Below, piece after piece: positions 24,720 to 35,109 of a stretch of 36,718 nt of DNA; position 1 is the stretch's first letter, and every line of letters starts with the position of its first letter. The translations under genes and the position numbers were made by a program. The notes beneath the pieces were generated by a model. It searched no databases. It worked only from the letters and a program-made list of their open reading frames with translations, and was not told the DNA's origin. The DNA comes from Patescibacteria group bacterium (GTDB lineage: Bacteria; Patescibacteriota; Minisyncoccia; Phycocordibacterales; UBA9973): contig JBBTUE010000004.1 in assembly GCA_038063915.1 (NCBI GenBank), positions 1 through 36,718 on the forward strand, read 5' to 3'.

Positions 24720-26459
24720 ATGGAAACAAAGGTCTGTCAGAACTGCAAAAACTCCTTCAATATTGAACCGGACGATTTTTCATTCTACGAGAAAATTAAA
24801 GTCCCTCCGCCAACATGGTGTCCATACTGTCGTACGCAAAGGAGGTTGATCTGGCGTAATGAGAGGACTTTATATCAAAGAGAGTGTAGTTTATGCAATA
24901 AATCAATAGTAGCTATGTATCCTAGGAGTACCATTTTCCCAGTATATTGTCGTGAGTGCTGGTTTTCTGACAACTGGGATCCACTTTCATATGGTAAAGA
25001 CTATGATTTTTCTAAACCATTTTTTGTACAGTTTAAAGAGTTACTCAATATTGTTCCACAACTTGCGCTCCAAGTAAGTAAATGTGTGGATAGTGAATAT
25101 ATAAATCAAACTTTCAATTGCAAAAATTGCTGTCTAATAACCTCGGGCACTGACAACGAAGATTGTATGTACTCGAATCGTCTTCTATATTGCAAAAATG
25201 TTGTTGATTGTTTTGCTGTACATAAATTAGAAAATAGTTATGAAGCTATAGAATCTCGAGAGGGGTCTAATCTTTTCTATAGCCTTGATTGCCATAATTC
25301 TTTTGATTGCGTGTTTTGTTTTGATGTACGAAATTCAAGTAATTGCTTTATGAGTTCAAACCTGCGTTCTAAATCTTATGTATGGTATAACGAACAATTA
25401 ACTAAAGAGGGGTACCAACAAAAAATAAAAACTATTTCTTTAAGTTCATACAAAAACATAAATAAATATAAAGAAGATTTTGAAAAATTAAAAAAGCAAA
25501 GCGTAGTTCATTTTTCTCAGCAAAAAAAGACCGAAAATTGTACAGGAAATATTATTTCAAATGCAAAGAATGCGAAAAACTGTTTTTACGTTGGCGAGGT
25601 AGAAAATGTAAAAAACCTTCTATTTGTTGATAATTCCAAAGAATCCTATGATGTTAACAATGGATGTTGTGTAATGGAATGTATGTATGAAGTAAATACG
25701 ACAGGGGTGCATTGTGCTAATGTTAGCTTTTCAAGTGATGTGTGGCCGGAAGTTAGAAATACGGCCTATAGCGTGTCTTCTCGTGATGGTGTTAATGACA
25801 TATTTGGTTGTATTAGTTTGAGGAAAAAATCAAATTGTATTCTTAATAAGGAATATTCAAGTGAAGAATATAAAATCCTAATCGATAAAATAATAGAACA
25901 TATGAGTGAAATGCCCTATATAGATGAGCTTGGTAAAGTATATAAGTATGGTGAGTTTTTTCCACTAGAGCTTTCACCCTTTGCCTTTAATGAGTCTGCG
26001 GCCTTCACATATACACCACTTACTAAAGACCAAGTAAACAATAATAAATGGCGCTGGAAAGATATTGATGATAAATCACATGTTGCATCAATAAAAAATA
26101 ATGAAATTCCAGACTCAATTGATGATATTCAAGACACAATATTTAAAGAAACCATAGAGTGTCAACACATAAAAGATAATTGTGAGCATCAGTGCACAAA
26201 AGCCTTCCGTATTCTTGAATCTGAGCTTAGTTTTTATAGAAAAATGAGAATAGCAGTTCCTAGAATATGTCCAAATTGTAGACACTATGAAAGGGTAAAG
26301 TATATGTCTCAACTTACCTTAAATAAAAGACAATGTATGTGTGATAAATCAGGACATGAACATGAAGGTAAGTGCCAAAATGAATTTGAAACATCTCACT
26401 CCTCAGATCGACCAGAGATAGTCTACTGTGAATCATGCTATCAACAAGAGGTGGTATAA
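24720..26459 (+). CDS. Cys-rich protein of unknown function (CPR-type): terminal CxxC Zn-ribbons and a repetitive Cys/Asn/Ser core
   Basis: CQNC...F.I...DFSFYEKIKVPPPTWCPYCR..RR..WRNE; YGEFFP..SPF.FN; C-terminal IVYCESCYQQEVV. Confidence 0.85.
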   Translation: METKVCQNCKNSFNIEPDDFSFYEKIKVPPPTWCPYCRTQRRLIWRNERTLYQRECSLCNKSIVAMYPRSTIFPVYCRECWFSDNWDPLSYGKDYDFSKPFFVQFKELLNIVPQLALQVSKCVDSEYINQTFNCKNCCLITSGTDNEDCMYSNRLLYCKNVVDCFAVHKLENSYEAIESREGSNLFYSLDCHNSFDCVFCFDVRNSSNCFMSSNLRSKSYVWYNEQLTKEGYQQKIKTISLSSYKNINKYKEDFEKLKKQSVVHFSQQKKTENCTGNIISNAKNAKNCFYVGEVENVKNLLFVDNSKESYDVNNGCCVMECMYEVNTTGVHCANVSFSSDVWPEVRNTAYSVSSRDGVNDIFGCISLRKKSNCILNKEYSSEEYKILIDKIIEHMSEMPYIDELGKVYKYGEFFPLELSPFAFNESAAFTYTPLTKDQVNNNKWRWKDIDDKSHVASIKNNEIPDSIDDIQDTIFKETIECQHIKDNCEHQCTKAFRILESELSFYRKMRIAVPRICPNCRHYERVKYMSQLTLNKRQCMCDKSGHEHEGKCQNEFETSHSSDRPEIVYCESCYQQEVV

Positions 26460-26466
26460 TCTAAAA

Positions 26467-28215
26467 ATGGAAACAAGGAACTGCCAGAACTGCAAAAAAG
26501 ACTTCAATATTGAACCTAATGATTTTTCATTTTATGAGAAGATAAAAGTACCTCCGCCGACATTTTGCTGGCGTTGCCGGGCAATACGAAGAATGGCTTT
26601 CAGAAATATGCGCCATTTATATGCACGTACTTGCGATGCAACAGGTGAAAAAATATTTACATTTATTCCACCTGGTAATCCTATGCCAGTATATAGTAAT
26701 GAATATTGGAATAGTGATGCATGGGATCCAATGGATTACGGTAAAGAGTATGATTTCTCTAGACCTTTTTTTGAGCAAATTCGAGATTTATATAATAGTG
26801 TACCGTGGGGAATTATGTGGTCTATGGAAATGAAAAATTGTGATTATTGTGCATGCGCTTACTCAAAAAACTGCTACCTGTGTTTTGATTCAGGTTATGA
26901 TGAAGATAGTGCATATAATGTTACTTTGCTTTATAGTAAGCAATCTTTTGACTGTTTAAATGTAAAAGATGGCGAACTCTGCTATTACTGTATAAATACA
27001 AACCAATCTTATAAAACATATTTTTCTCGAAATTGTACTTCCTGTATAGAAGTTTGGTTTTCCCAAGATTGCATTGGTTGTACCAGTTGTTTTGGTTGCA
27101 GTGGGCTTAGGAATAAAAAATACTATATTTTTAATAAGCCTTATGATAAGTCAACCTACGAAGCTAAACTCCTCGAAATGAAACTTGACTCTTGGTCAGG
27201 TTTGCAACAGGGGCGTAAACTTTCCGAAGATGTATGGCAAAAATCGCCTGTAAAATATCAGCATAGTGTCCAAGTAACAAATAGTACTGGAGATTATCTT
27301 TATAATGGCACTGAACTCATAAACTGTTTCTTTATGGGAACCGCGAGAAACATGAAGCATTGCCAAAGCATTATTTACCCTCCTAATAATGATGATATGG
27401 ATATAACTTCAAGCGAGGGGACAGAACTTGCATATGAGACGATTTGCTGTGGTAATGGATGTCATAGAGCAATTGGTATGGTAGAGACGGCTAATAGTAG
27501 CGACAGTTATTACTCTATAAATTGTCGCAACGTAGAAAATGTGTTTGGTTGCGTAGCTATACGAAGTAAAAGTCATTGTATTTTAAATAAACAGTATACA
27601 AAAGAAGAATATTTTGAAATGCTCCCAAAGATAAAAAAACACATGGATGAAATGCCATATATTGATAAGAAAGGCCGAATATATAGATTTGCAGATTTCT
27701 TCCCATTCGATATGGCTCCCCACGGATATAGTCAATCACAGGCTTCCGAATATTTCCCTGTTACTGAAGAAGAAGCAAAAGAAAAAAATTATCGCTGGAG
27801 AATACCCGAAGATAGAAAATATACAATAACAATGAAAACGAGTGGAATCCCCGATAGTATTACCGAAGTATCTGACAGTATTCTAGAAGAAGTTATACAA
27901 TGTGAACATGAAGAATCTGGCAACCACTCTTTTGGTTGCGATGTAGATTGCGCAAGTGCCTTCCGCATAACAAGACAAGAACTCGATTTTTATCGTCAAG
28001 CCAAACTACCTCTGCCTAGACTATGCTTCAATTGTAGACATATTGATAGAGTTAAGTGGCGCAACGTTCCAGCTTTATATCATAGACAATGCATGTGTGA
28101 AAATAAAGATCATAACCACGCCAGTAAATGTCCTACTGAGTTTGAAACAACATACGCTCCCAACCAACCCGAGATTATTTATTGCGAATCGTGCTACCAA
28201 CAAGAAGTTGTATAA
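26467..28215 (+). CDS. Second Cys-rich paralog
   Basis: Same N- and C-terminal motifs as 24720-26459; start METRNCQNC at 26467. Confidence 0.85.
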   Translation: METRNCQNCKKDFNIEPNDFSFYEKIKVPPPTFCWRCRAIRRMAFRNMRHLYARTCDATGEKIFTFIPPGNPMPVYSNEYWNSDAWDPMDYGKEYDFSRPFFEQIRDLYNSVPWGIMWSMEMKNCDYCACAYSKNCYLCFDSGYDEDSAYNVTLLYSKQSFDCLNVKDGELCYYCINTNQSYKTYFSRNCTSCIEVWFSQDCIGCTSCFGCSGLRNKKYYIFNKPYDKSTYEAKLLEMKLDSWSGLQQGRKLSEDVWQKSPVKYQHSVQVTNSTGDYLYNGTELINCFFMGTARNMKHCQSIIYPPNNDDMDITSSEGTELAYETICCGNGCHRAIGMVETANSSDSYYSINCRNVENVFGCVAIRSKSHCILNKQYTKEEYFEMLPKIKKHMDEMPYIDKKGRIYRFADFFPFDMAPHGYSQSQASEYFPVTEEEAKEKNYRWRIPEDRKYTITMKTSGIPDSITEVSDSILEEVIQCEHEESGNHSFGCDVDCASAFRITRQELDFYRQAKLPLPRLCFNCRHIDRVKWRNVPALYHRQCMCENKDHNHASKCPTEFETTYAPNQPEIIYCESCYQQEVV

Positions 28216-28244
28216 AACCATGTTTCTGCTAGTATAAGCCTTAT

Positions 28245-29012
28245 ATGGGAGTGATTATTAAAACTAAAGAGGAGATAGAAATACTTAGAGAAGGGGGCAA
28301 GAGATTGGCCTCTATTTTAGCAAAAGTGGCCGAGAAAGTGGCTCCGGGTATTTCTACGCAGGAGCTTGATAAGTACGCTTACGATTTGATAGTAGAAGGA
28401 GGGGATGAACCTGCATTTCTCAATTACAAGCCCGAAGGACAATCGCGCGCATATCCAGCGTCGCTTTGCACCTCGGTGAATAATGAAGTCGTCCATGGTA
28501 TTCCAAGTAAAAGTAAAATTCTGAAAGAGGGAGATATTATTTCTATTGATTTGGGACTTAAACACATGGGACTTTTCACTGACCATGCCGTGACAGTTGC
28601 AGTGGGGAAGATAGATAAAAAGTCGCAAAAACTTTTAAATAATACACATGAAGCACTGTTGGTAGGCATCGAGCAAGCAAAAGGTGGCAACACTGTCGGA
28701 GATATTGGTAGTGCGATAGAGAAGTTTGTAAATAAAAAATACGGCATAGTTCGCGAGCTCTCTGGCCACGGCGTCGGCAAGAAAATCCATGAAGATCCTT
28801 ACGTGCCAAACTTTGGCAAAGCTGGAAAAGGTCAGAAGCTCATTCCCGGTATGGTTATAGCTATCGAACCCATGCTCAATATTGGCAAGGCTGACATTAT
28901 AACTCTACCTGATGGCTACACTATCAAAACTGCCGACGGTTCCCGCAGTGCCCATTTTGAGCACACAGTACTTATTACCGAAGGCGAGGCAGAAATTATG
29001 ACTATGGAATGA
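28245..29012 (+). CDS. map: Methionine aminopeptidase type I
   Basis: CTSVNNEVVHGIP, GDIISID, GHGVG..IHEDP, IEPM, SAHFEHTV. Confidence 0.98.
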   Translation: MGVIIKTKEEIEILREGGKRLASILAKVAEKVAPGISTQELDKYAYDLIVEGGDEPAFLNYKPEGQSRAYPASLCTSVNNEVVHGIPSKSKILKEGDIISIDLGLKHMGLFTDHAVTVAVGKIDKKSQKLLNNTHEALLVGIEQAKGGNTVGDIGSAIEKFVNKKYGIVRELSGHGVGKKIHEDPYVPNFGKAGKGQKLIPGMVIAIEPMLNIGKADIITLPDGYTIKTADGSRSAHFEHTVLITEGEAEIMTME

Positions 29013-29075
29013 GTCTATTGACAAATCTCTTTTAAAATGCTTTAATCTAATCAAAATCACCAAAATTATATCACT

Positions 29076-29567
29076 ATGCAAGTAGCCACCTTTTCATTTG
29101 GGGGAGCCATGAGTTTCTTCAAAGATAAATTTTGTAACTATGATTGCAGTTTTTCATTAGCTGAAAATGATAATGAAAAAACTGAGAACCTTGTAAATAT
29201 CCTTGGATTCAAAGCGAAATTCCTGCGAATCCAGGAAAAAATTGATCACTTTAATAAATTGGGGGCGAAAGGAATAGATCTGCTGGCTGCCTTATCTCCC
29301 AAAAACACCGGCGAGATATCAAATTATTATCAGATTGGCCGAGTTGACTTTATTGTTAGAAATCCTAACCTCATCGGCCAGATTGAATACCTTTCAGAAA
29401 TGAAGGGTAGCGTACTCTTCCGGGAAGTAACTCTTGCCAGCTTTCGCAGGAACAATAAATCAATGTACGAGATTTCGTACGACTGGGGTAATGCCGCAGG
29501 ACTCCACGGCAGGTCCTTGCTGGAATTCATAAAAAATCCTCAGGAATTTATGAAAACGAGATTTTGA
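29076..29567 (+). CDS. Hypothetical protein
   Basis: 163-aa ORF (start could be ATG at 29109); TTGACA at 29018-29023 upstream and a terminator downstream. Confidence 0.7.
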   Translation: MQVATFSFGGAMSFFKDKFCNYDCSFSLAENDNEKTENLVNILGFKAKFLRIQEKIDHFNKLGAKGIDLLAALSPKNTGEISNYYQIGRVDFIVRNPNLIGQIEYLSEMKGSVLFREVTLASFRRNNKSMYEISYDWGNAAGLHGRSLLEFIKNPQEFMKTRF

Positions 29568-29589
29568 TTCCATATAAGCAAATATTTTT

Positions 29590-29617
29590 AAAACCGGGAC
29601 TCGTCACCGGTTTTTTT
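29590..29617 (+). terminator. Rho-independent terminator
   Basis: AAAACCGG-GACTCGTCA-CCGGTTTTTTT. Confidence 0.8.
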
Positions 29618-29656
29618 GATACCAGTTTTTAAAAATCTTTGTGATATAATAGTTTC

Positions 29657-30604
29657 ATGAAAGAAAGTTTTAGTCCGACAAATAGTGAAAATTCAAGGAA
29701 AGAATTCATTAAAAAAATTACTGCTCTAGGTATCGGAGCTTTTCTTATGCCTAAAGAAATTTTTTCAGAGCCCAGTCAGGAATCACAAGAACAAAATCGC
29801 GGCGTAGAAACTTCTGTAATGAAAGAAATGGAAGGGCATGGTAATTTACCCGACGGTTTTTATCGTAGTAAGATAAACATAAAATTTGAAGGTGAAAAAG
29901 AGATAGAGGGTGCTGGGAGCTTCTTTTCTATTGAAGATAAGCAAAAAGCCAAAGTCGATTTTCTTTCTAATAAGGAACACCCAGAATTTTTTGCAGGTGG
30001 CGTCGATTTCGAAGGGATAGAAAGATATTATAAATCTCAAGGAAAAGAAATTGTTCTAGTGGTCGCTGGAGCATACTATGCTCCTCGCACAAAAGATATT
30101 GAAGGCATTGCTCTTGAGAAGGGCAAGACAGTAGGCCAAGACCAACCTAAAAGTGGGTCAAATGGATTACTAGTCATGAAAGATGGTAATCCAGAAATAC
30201 AATACGTAAATCAAATCCCAGATTTTACTAACTATATCAATGAACTAAAAAGTGAAAATGCTAGTGCTTTCCAACAGACGTCGTATCTTCGCCCTGGTGG
30301 TCAATTTAGTTCCTCCAATCCTACTAAATGGGAGCTCCGATTCTTTGTAGAAGGGGAAACAAATGGGAAACCCCAAAAAGGAGTTCTTAACTTCTCTACT
30401 CCCATGACTTATACTGAGGCAGTTGAAGCTATGAAAGAGATGAAAGGTTTTACTATCACTAAAGCTATAGGACTTGATACTGGCAACATGTCCGAAGGGT
30501 ACTTTTATGATAAAAATAATGGCAAGAATTTGATGATTGATGAACAAGTAGGTAAACATAGAAATGAATATACGAATATTATAGTATTTTTCAGTAAACC
30601 TTAA
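29657..30604 (+). CDS. Exported protein resembling the phosphodiester glycosidase (NAGPA-like) family
   Basis: Tat-like SRKEFIK plus hydrophobic segment; NGLLV..DG, AFQ...L..GG, T..EA...M, AIGLDTG.S similar to the NLDGGGS family motif. Confidence 0.55.
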   Translation: MKESFSPTNSENSRKEFIKKITALGIGAFLMPKEIFSEPSQESQEQNRGVETSVMKEMEGHGNLPDGFYRSKINIKFEGEKEIEGAGSFFSIEDKQKAKVDFLSNKEHPEFFAGGVDFEGIERYYKSQGKEIVLVVAGAYYAPRTKDIEGIALEKGKTVGQDQPKSGSNGLLVMKDGNPEIQYVNQIPDFTNYINELKSENASAFQQTSYLRPGGQFSSSNPTKWELRFFVEGETNGKPQKGVLNFSTPMTYTEAVEAMKEMKGFTITKAIGLDTGNMSEGYFYDKNNGKNLMIDEQVGKHRNEYTNIIVFFSKP

Positions 30605-30630
30605 ATTCTAACTATGATATAATAGTCCTA

Positions 30631-33363
30631 ATGGAAGGGCTTAATTTAAACAATATGCCAAAGTTCAAGACTCCCGAGGAGGAGCTTAATTTTTTGCGTG
30701 CACATATCACTGAGAGAGAAAAGGCCTTGGATAAAGCAGGGCATGAGGTCTCAAAAGAAGAGTTAGCCCAGGATGTGCTCTCTGAATACAGGCAATATGA
30801 GCCAGAAGAGGTGATGCATCCGAGTGCTGTTATCAAAGAAGGAGAGGCAGAGAACTTGGTACTGAGGCTTCATCCAGAGCCCCATGATAGCAAAATGGAA
30901 GAAATATTAGGTGTACTACTTGATAAAGGAATATCCAATGCGCTATCTATTATAGGTAAAATGAATAATCCTCATCTTGATGATGATTTTCATAGATTTC
31001 TAGTGCAGTACTTATACAGTGTTCATAAAATTCCAGGACTCAAAGAAGGCACGCCACTTTTCAAATCACTCGACATGAAGCTCTTTGAAATTACACTCCC
31101 TGATCCGACAGACGATGAGAAAGAAAAGAAAAGCCTAAAAGAATTACTCTCATCAATGGAGCAATTCTACGCAGGCATGCATTCAGTAGGCGAAGGTAGA
31201 GAAAATGTGAACCGCAATCACTTTACTCTCGAGATCGCACTCTCTGAAGACAGTGATCAATTTGTATTCTATACAGCCGTGCCGACTCACAAAGCCGATC
31301 TATTTGAAAAGCAATTACTCGGAGTACACCCTCACGCGAAAATTAATGAAATTCCAGATGATTATAATATTTTCAGAGATGATGGTGTGATATCTGCCTC
31401 ATACGCTACACTTTCTCGTTACGACGTCTACCCTATAAAGCTCTATGATGTCATCGACCATGACCCACTCAATATAATTCTCAATGTTTTCACAAAACTT
31501 AAAAAGTCTGGTGAAGGCGCTTCGATCCAATTTACAATTTGTCCAGAAGATGACGATATTATTAAAAAGTTCCACACTATTTTAGGAGACGTTAAAGAAG
31601 GGATGTCTGTCAAAGACGCTTCAAGCCTCACTAGACAAATTGGGAAAGAGTTAAAATCACTTGCCAGTGGATTATTCTTAGGCGAAAAACAAAAAGAAGA
31701 GAAGAAAGTAAGCGATGAAGCAGTCAACAATATTACTGAGAAGATAAAAAGTACAATAATGGCGTGTAATATTCGTGTTATTGCTTCGGCTGAGTCAAGC
31801 CTCAGGTCAAAGCAGATACTTGCCGATATAGAGTCTTCATTCAATCAATTCACCGAGGCTCAGCGAAATGGATTCAACTGGAATCACCCACAAGGTAGAG
31901 ATTTAACTGAGCTTATTCACGACTTCTCCTACCGGACTTTCTCAGACAAATATTCAATGCCACTGAACCTCAAGGAACTCGCCACAATATTCCACTTCCC
32001 ATATGGTATAGCCACTTCTCCTCAACTCAAGCAAGCTCGAGCTGGTATCGCACCTGCACCTATAGAGATGGGCACCGATGGTGTAGCACTAGGAGTGAAT
32101 AGTTATCGAGGTAAAGATACAATGGTACATTTTTCTCCAGAAGATCGCATGCGTCACCTGTATGTTATCGGTCAGACTGGTACAGGTAAGACGACAATCA
32201 TGAAGAATATGATTGCTCAGGATATAAAGATGGGGCATGGAGTCTGCTATATAGACCCACACGGTACAGATATCCAAGATATTCTAAGTTATATTCCCAA
32301 AGAGCGTATCGATGATGTCATATATTTTGATCCGGCTTATACTGCCCGCCCTATGGGACTCAACATGCTAGAGTACGATCCAAAGTATCCCGAGCAGAAG
32401 ACTTTCGTAGTGAATGAACTCATGAATATATTTAATAAACTATTCGACATGAAGACTTCCGGTGGCCCAATGTTCGAGCAATATTTCAAAAATTCAGCAT
32501 TCCTAGTGATGGAGCATCCAGAGAGTGGTGCGACACTCCTCGAAATTGGTCGCGTACTTGCTGACAAAGAATTCCGTGATATGAAATTATCACACTGCAA
32601 GAATCCTATTATTTCTCAGTTTTGGAAAAGTGCCGAGCAAACAACTGGTGATCAATCGATAGCCAACTTCGTGCCCTATATCACTTCAAAGTTTGATAAC
32701 TTTATTTCAAATGACATCATGCGTCCAGTTGTTCTCCAAGAAAAATCAGTATTCAACTTCCGTGATATTATGGATAATAAGAAAATTCTTCTTGTGAACC
32801 TATCAAAAGGTAGACTTGGTGATATAAATGCAAACCTCATCGGTCTTCTAGTTGTAAACAAAATCCAAATGGCGGCACTTTCTCGCGTAGATATGTATGG
32901 TAAAAAGATGGAAGATTTTTATCTCTATATAGACGAGTTCCAGAATGTCACGACAGATTCCATTGAGTCTATTTTATCTGAGGCTCGTAAGTATCGACTA
33001 TCGTTGACTGTAGCTCACCAGTATATCGCTCAGCTAGAAGATAAGATAAAGAATGCAGTGTTTGGGAACGTTGGCTCGATGGCGGTATTTCGTGTCGGAG
33101 CTGAAGATGCCCAAGTTCTTGAGAGTAAGTTCAAGCCAGTATTCACGGCAGCAGATATTATGAAAATTGAGAATCGCAACGCCTACCTGTCTATGCTTAT
33201 AAATGGTCAGCCGACCAAACCTTTCAATATTGCTACATTCCCACCACCGACTGGCACTATGGAAATAGTAGAGAAGATCAAAGAACTGTCATATTTAAAG
33301 TTTGGCCGTGACCGCGCCGAGGTAGAAGAAGAGATAATGGATAAGTACAGACAACAAGGCTAA
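30631..33363 (+). CDS. VirD4/TraM/HerA-like coupling-protein ATPase (type typical of CPR)
   Basis: DRMRHLYVIGQTGTGKTT Walker A, IDPHG, LYIDEFQN Walker B, SEARKYRL, AHQYIAQL, GNVGS. Confidence 0.88.
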   Translation: MEGLNLNNMPKFKTPEEELNFLRAHITEREKALDKAGHEVSKEELAQDVLSEYRQYEPEEVMHPSAVIKEGEAENLVLRLHPEPHDSKMEEILGVLLDKGISNALSIIGKMNNPHLDDDFHRFLVQYLYSVHKIPGLKEGTPLFKSLDMKLFEITLPDPTDDEKEKKSLKELLSSMEQFYAGMHSVGEGRENVNRNHFTLEIALSEDSDQFVFYTAVPTHKADLFEKQLLGVHPHAKINEIPDDYNIFRDDGVISASYATLSRYDVYPIKLYDVIDHDPLNIILNVFTKLKKSGEGASIQFTICPEDDDIIKKFHTILGDVKEGMSVKDASSLTRQIGKELKSLASGLFLGEKQKEEKKVSDEAVNNITEKIKSTIMACNIRVIASAESSLRSKQILADIESSFNQFTEAQRNGFNWNHPQGRDLTELIHDFSYRTFSDKYSMPLNLKELATIFHFPYGIATSPQLKQARAGIAPAPIEMGTDGVALGVNSYRGKDTMVHFSPEDRMRHLYVIGQTGTGKTTIMKNMIAQDIKMGHGVCYIDPHGTDIQDILSYIPKERIDDVIYFDPAYTARPMGLNMLEYDPKYPEQKTFVVNELMNIFNKLFDMKTSGGPMFEQYFKNSAFLVMEHPESGATLLEIGRVLADKEFRDMKLSHCKNPIISQFWKSAEQTTGDQSIANFVPYITSKFDNFISNDIMRPVVLQEKSVFNFRDIMDNKKILLVNLSKGRLGDINANLIGLLVVNKIQMAALSRVDMYGKKMEDFYLYIDEFQNVTTDSIESILSEARKYRLSLTVAHQYIAQLEDKIKNAVFGNVGSMAVFRVGAEDAQVLESKFKPVFTAADIMKIENRNAYLSMLINGQPTKPFNIATFPPPTGTMEIVEKIKELSYLKFGRDRAEVEEEIMDKYRQQG

Positions 33364-33364
33364 T

Positions 33365-33940
33365 ATGGAAGAAATAGAAATTAAATTTTTAGAAATTGAT
33401 GTGCCCGAACTAGAAAAGAAACTTACTGCCATTGGGGCAGAAAAAGCTGGAGAGTATGATTATCATCGAGCCACTTTTGACTTTCCTGACTGGCGTTTAA
33501 ATACGGGTCACGCTTGGCTAAGACTTCGAACTGACGGAAAAGAGACAACTCTCACATACAAACAGCGCCTTGGAGTCAAGGCAAATGACGGCAGTATCTC
33601 CGATGAAGGGATGAAAGAAATAGAAATAATTGTTGATGATTACGAGAAAACGTACGAACTTTTAAAATCTATAGGTTTTATTATAAAAAGAGAGCAAGAA
33701 AATAAAAGAATTAAATATATTAAAGACAATGTCCACTACGATATTGATTTTTGGCCTAAGATACCAACGTTTTTAGAAGTAGAAGGTCCAAGCCTAGCAG
33801 AAGTAAAAGAGGCAGCAAAAGAGCTAGGTTTTAACCCAGAAGATGGGTTAATTGGCTCCGCAAAACAAGTTTATAAAAAATATGGCTTTGAAGAGAATGA
33901 TTACACCTCCATGACATTTAATGAATGGATTAAAGCCTAG
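33365..33940 (+). CDS. CYTH-domain protein (class IV adenylate cyclase / triphosphate tunnel metalloenzyme)
   Basis: EIEIK (ExExK), WLRLR, LTYK, EIE, K.R, FLEVEG. Confidence 0.9.
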   Translation: MEEIEIKFLEIDVPELEKKLTAIGAEKAGEYDYHRATFDFPDWRLNTGHAWLRLRTDGKETTLTYKQRLGVKANDGSISDEGMKEIEIIVDDYEKTYELLKSIGFIIKREQENKRIKYIKDNVHYDIDFWPKIPTFLEVEGPSLAEVKEAAKELGFNPEDGLIGSAKQVYKKYGFEENDYTSMTFNEWIKA

Positions 33941-33942
33941 AA

Positions 33943-33971
33943 TTGCAAAATAGGCAATTTTTTGCTAGTAT
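33943..33971 (+). promoter_or_regulatory. Promoter for the second kinase
   Basis: TTGCAA-17 nt-TAGTAT with TGc. Confidence 0.6.
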
Positions 33972-34020
33972 ATACCCAGAATTACTTATTATTCATTATG
34001 CGCTCTGCGCAATTTTTATT

Positions 34021-35103
34021 ATGAAAGGACCATTAACTGAGTTCCCAATTATCAAGACAAAAGTTCCGAATCTTACCAAAAAGTTCGACCTTACTGATCC
34101 AGAACAACGGAAGGAGTATTTTGAGTCAAAAGTTGGCACTGAAATTAATAAGCTGAAAGAGTATTTAAAAGATAATACATTTATTGCTTACCTTCTTGGG
34201 AAGAAAAATTCTGGTAAGGGTACCTATACAAAGCTCATGGCAGAAATTTTCGGAGCAGATAAGATTGGTCATATTTCCGTTGGTGACCTCGTCCGTACGA
34301 CATATAAAGATATAGACAATCCAGAAAAAAAGAAAGAAATTGTGGAATACTTGGAGCAACACTATCGTGGATACATATCAATTGAAGATGCGATTGATGC
34401 TTTGGTTGGGAAAAATCAGAAAGTTTTGTTGCCGACCGAATTTATTCTAGCGCTCGTAAAAAGAGAAATTGATAAGATGGGAAGAAAAGTCATTTTTATA
34501 GATGGTTTCCCTCGCGATCTTGACCAAGTGCAGTATTCGCTTTATTTTAGAGATTTAGTGAACTACCGCCTTGACCCGGATATTTTCGTAGCCATCAATA
34601 TTCCAGAATCAGTACTCGATGAGCGAATGCGAAGCCGTGTAGTTTGCCCTATATGTCAGGCACCGAGAAGTTTAAGTGTTTTCCCTACAAAAAAGGTAGG
34701 CTTCGACAAAGAGACAAAGGAATACTTCCTTATTTGTGACAATCCGGAATGTAATGGTGCAAGAATGATTGGCAAAGAAGGAGATACTGCCGGGATTGAG
34801 AGTATTCGTGAACGCCTAGATTTGGATGATAAACTAGCTAAGAAAGTAATGTCTTTACATGGAATTCCTAAAGTTCTCCTTAGAAATGCTGTACCTATTG
34901 ATAGTCTCAAAAATGATCTTGTAGATGACTACGAGGTAACTCCTGGTTATAAATTTAAATATAATGAAGAAACCGATGAAGTAGCTATTACCGAAGAACC
35001 GTGGATCATCAAAGATGACCAAGGTAATGATTCATATAGCTTACTTGCCCCTGTGGTTGTAGTTGCACTAATAAAGCAGTTAACACAAGCTCTTGATTTG
35101 TAA
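34021..35103 (+). CDS. Long adenylate kinase-like protein with a Zn-binding LID and extensions
   Basis: GKKNSGKGT, HISVGDLVR, IDGFPR...Q, R.VCPIC...ICDNPEC; ATG at 34021. Confidence 0.85.
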   Translation: MKGPLTEFPIIKTKVPNLTKKFDLTDPEQRKEYFESKVGTEINKLKEYLKDNTFIAYLLGKKNSGKGTYTKLMAEIFGADKIGHISVGDLVRTTYKDIDNPEKKKEIVEYLEQHYRGYISIEDAIDALVGKNQKVLLPTEFILALVKREIDKMGRKVIFIDGFPRDLDQVQYSLYFRDLVNYRLDPDIFVAINIPESVLDERMRSRVVCPICQAPRSLSVFPTKKVGFDKETKEYFLICDNPECNGARMIGKEGDTAGIESIRERLDLDDKLAKKVMSLHGIPKVLLRNAVPIDSLKNDLVDDYEVTPGYKFKYNEETDEVAITEEPWIIKDDQGNDSYSLLAPVVVVALIKQLTQALDL

Positions 35104-35109
35104 AAACCG

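Noticed and set aside
30631-33363. Conjugative element / ICE
   Set aside because: No relaxase, VirB homologs, integrase or att sites; the ATPase sits among housekeeping-type genes.
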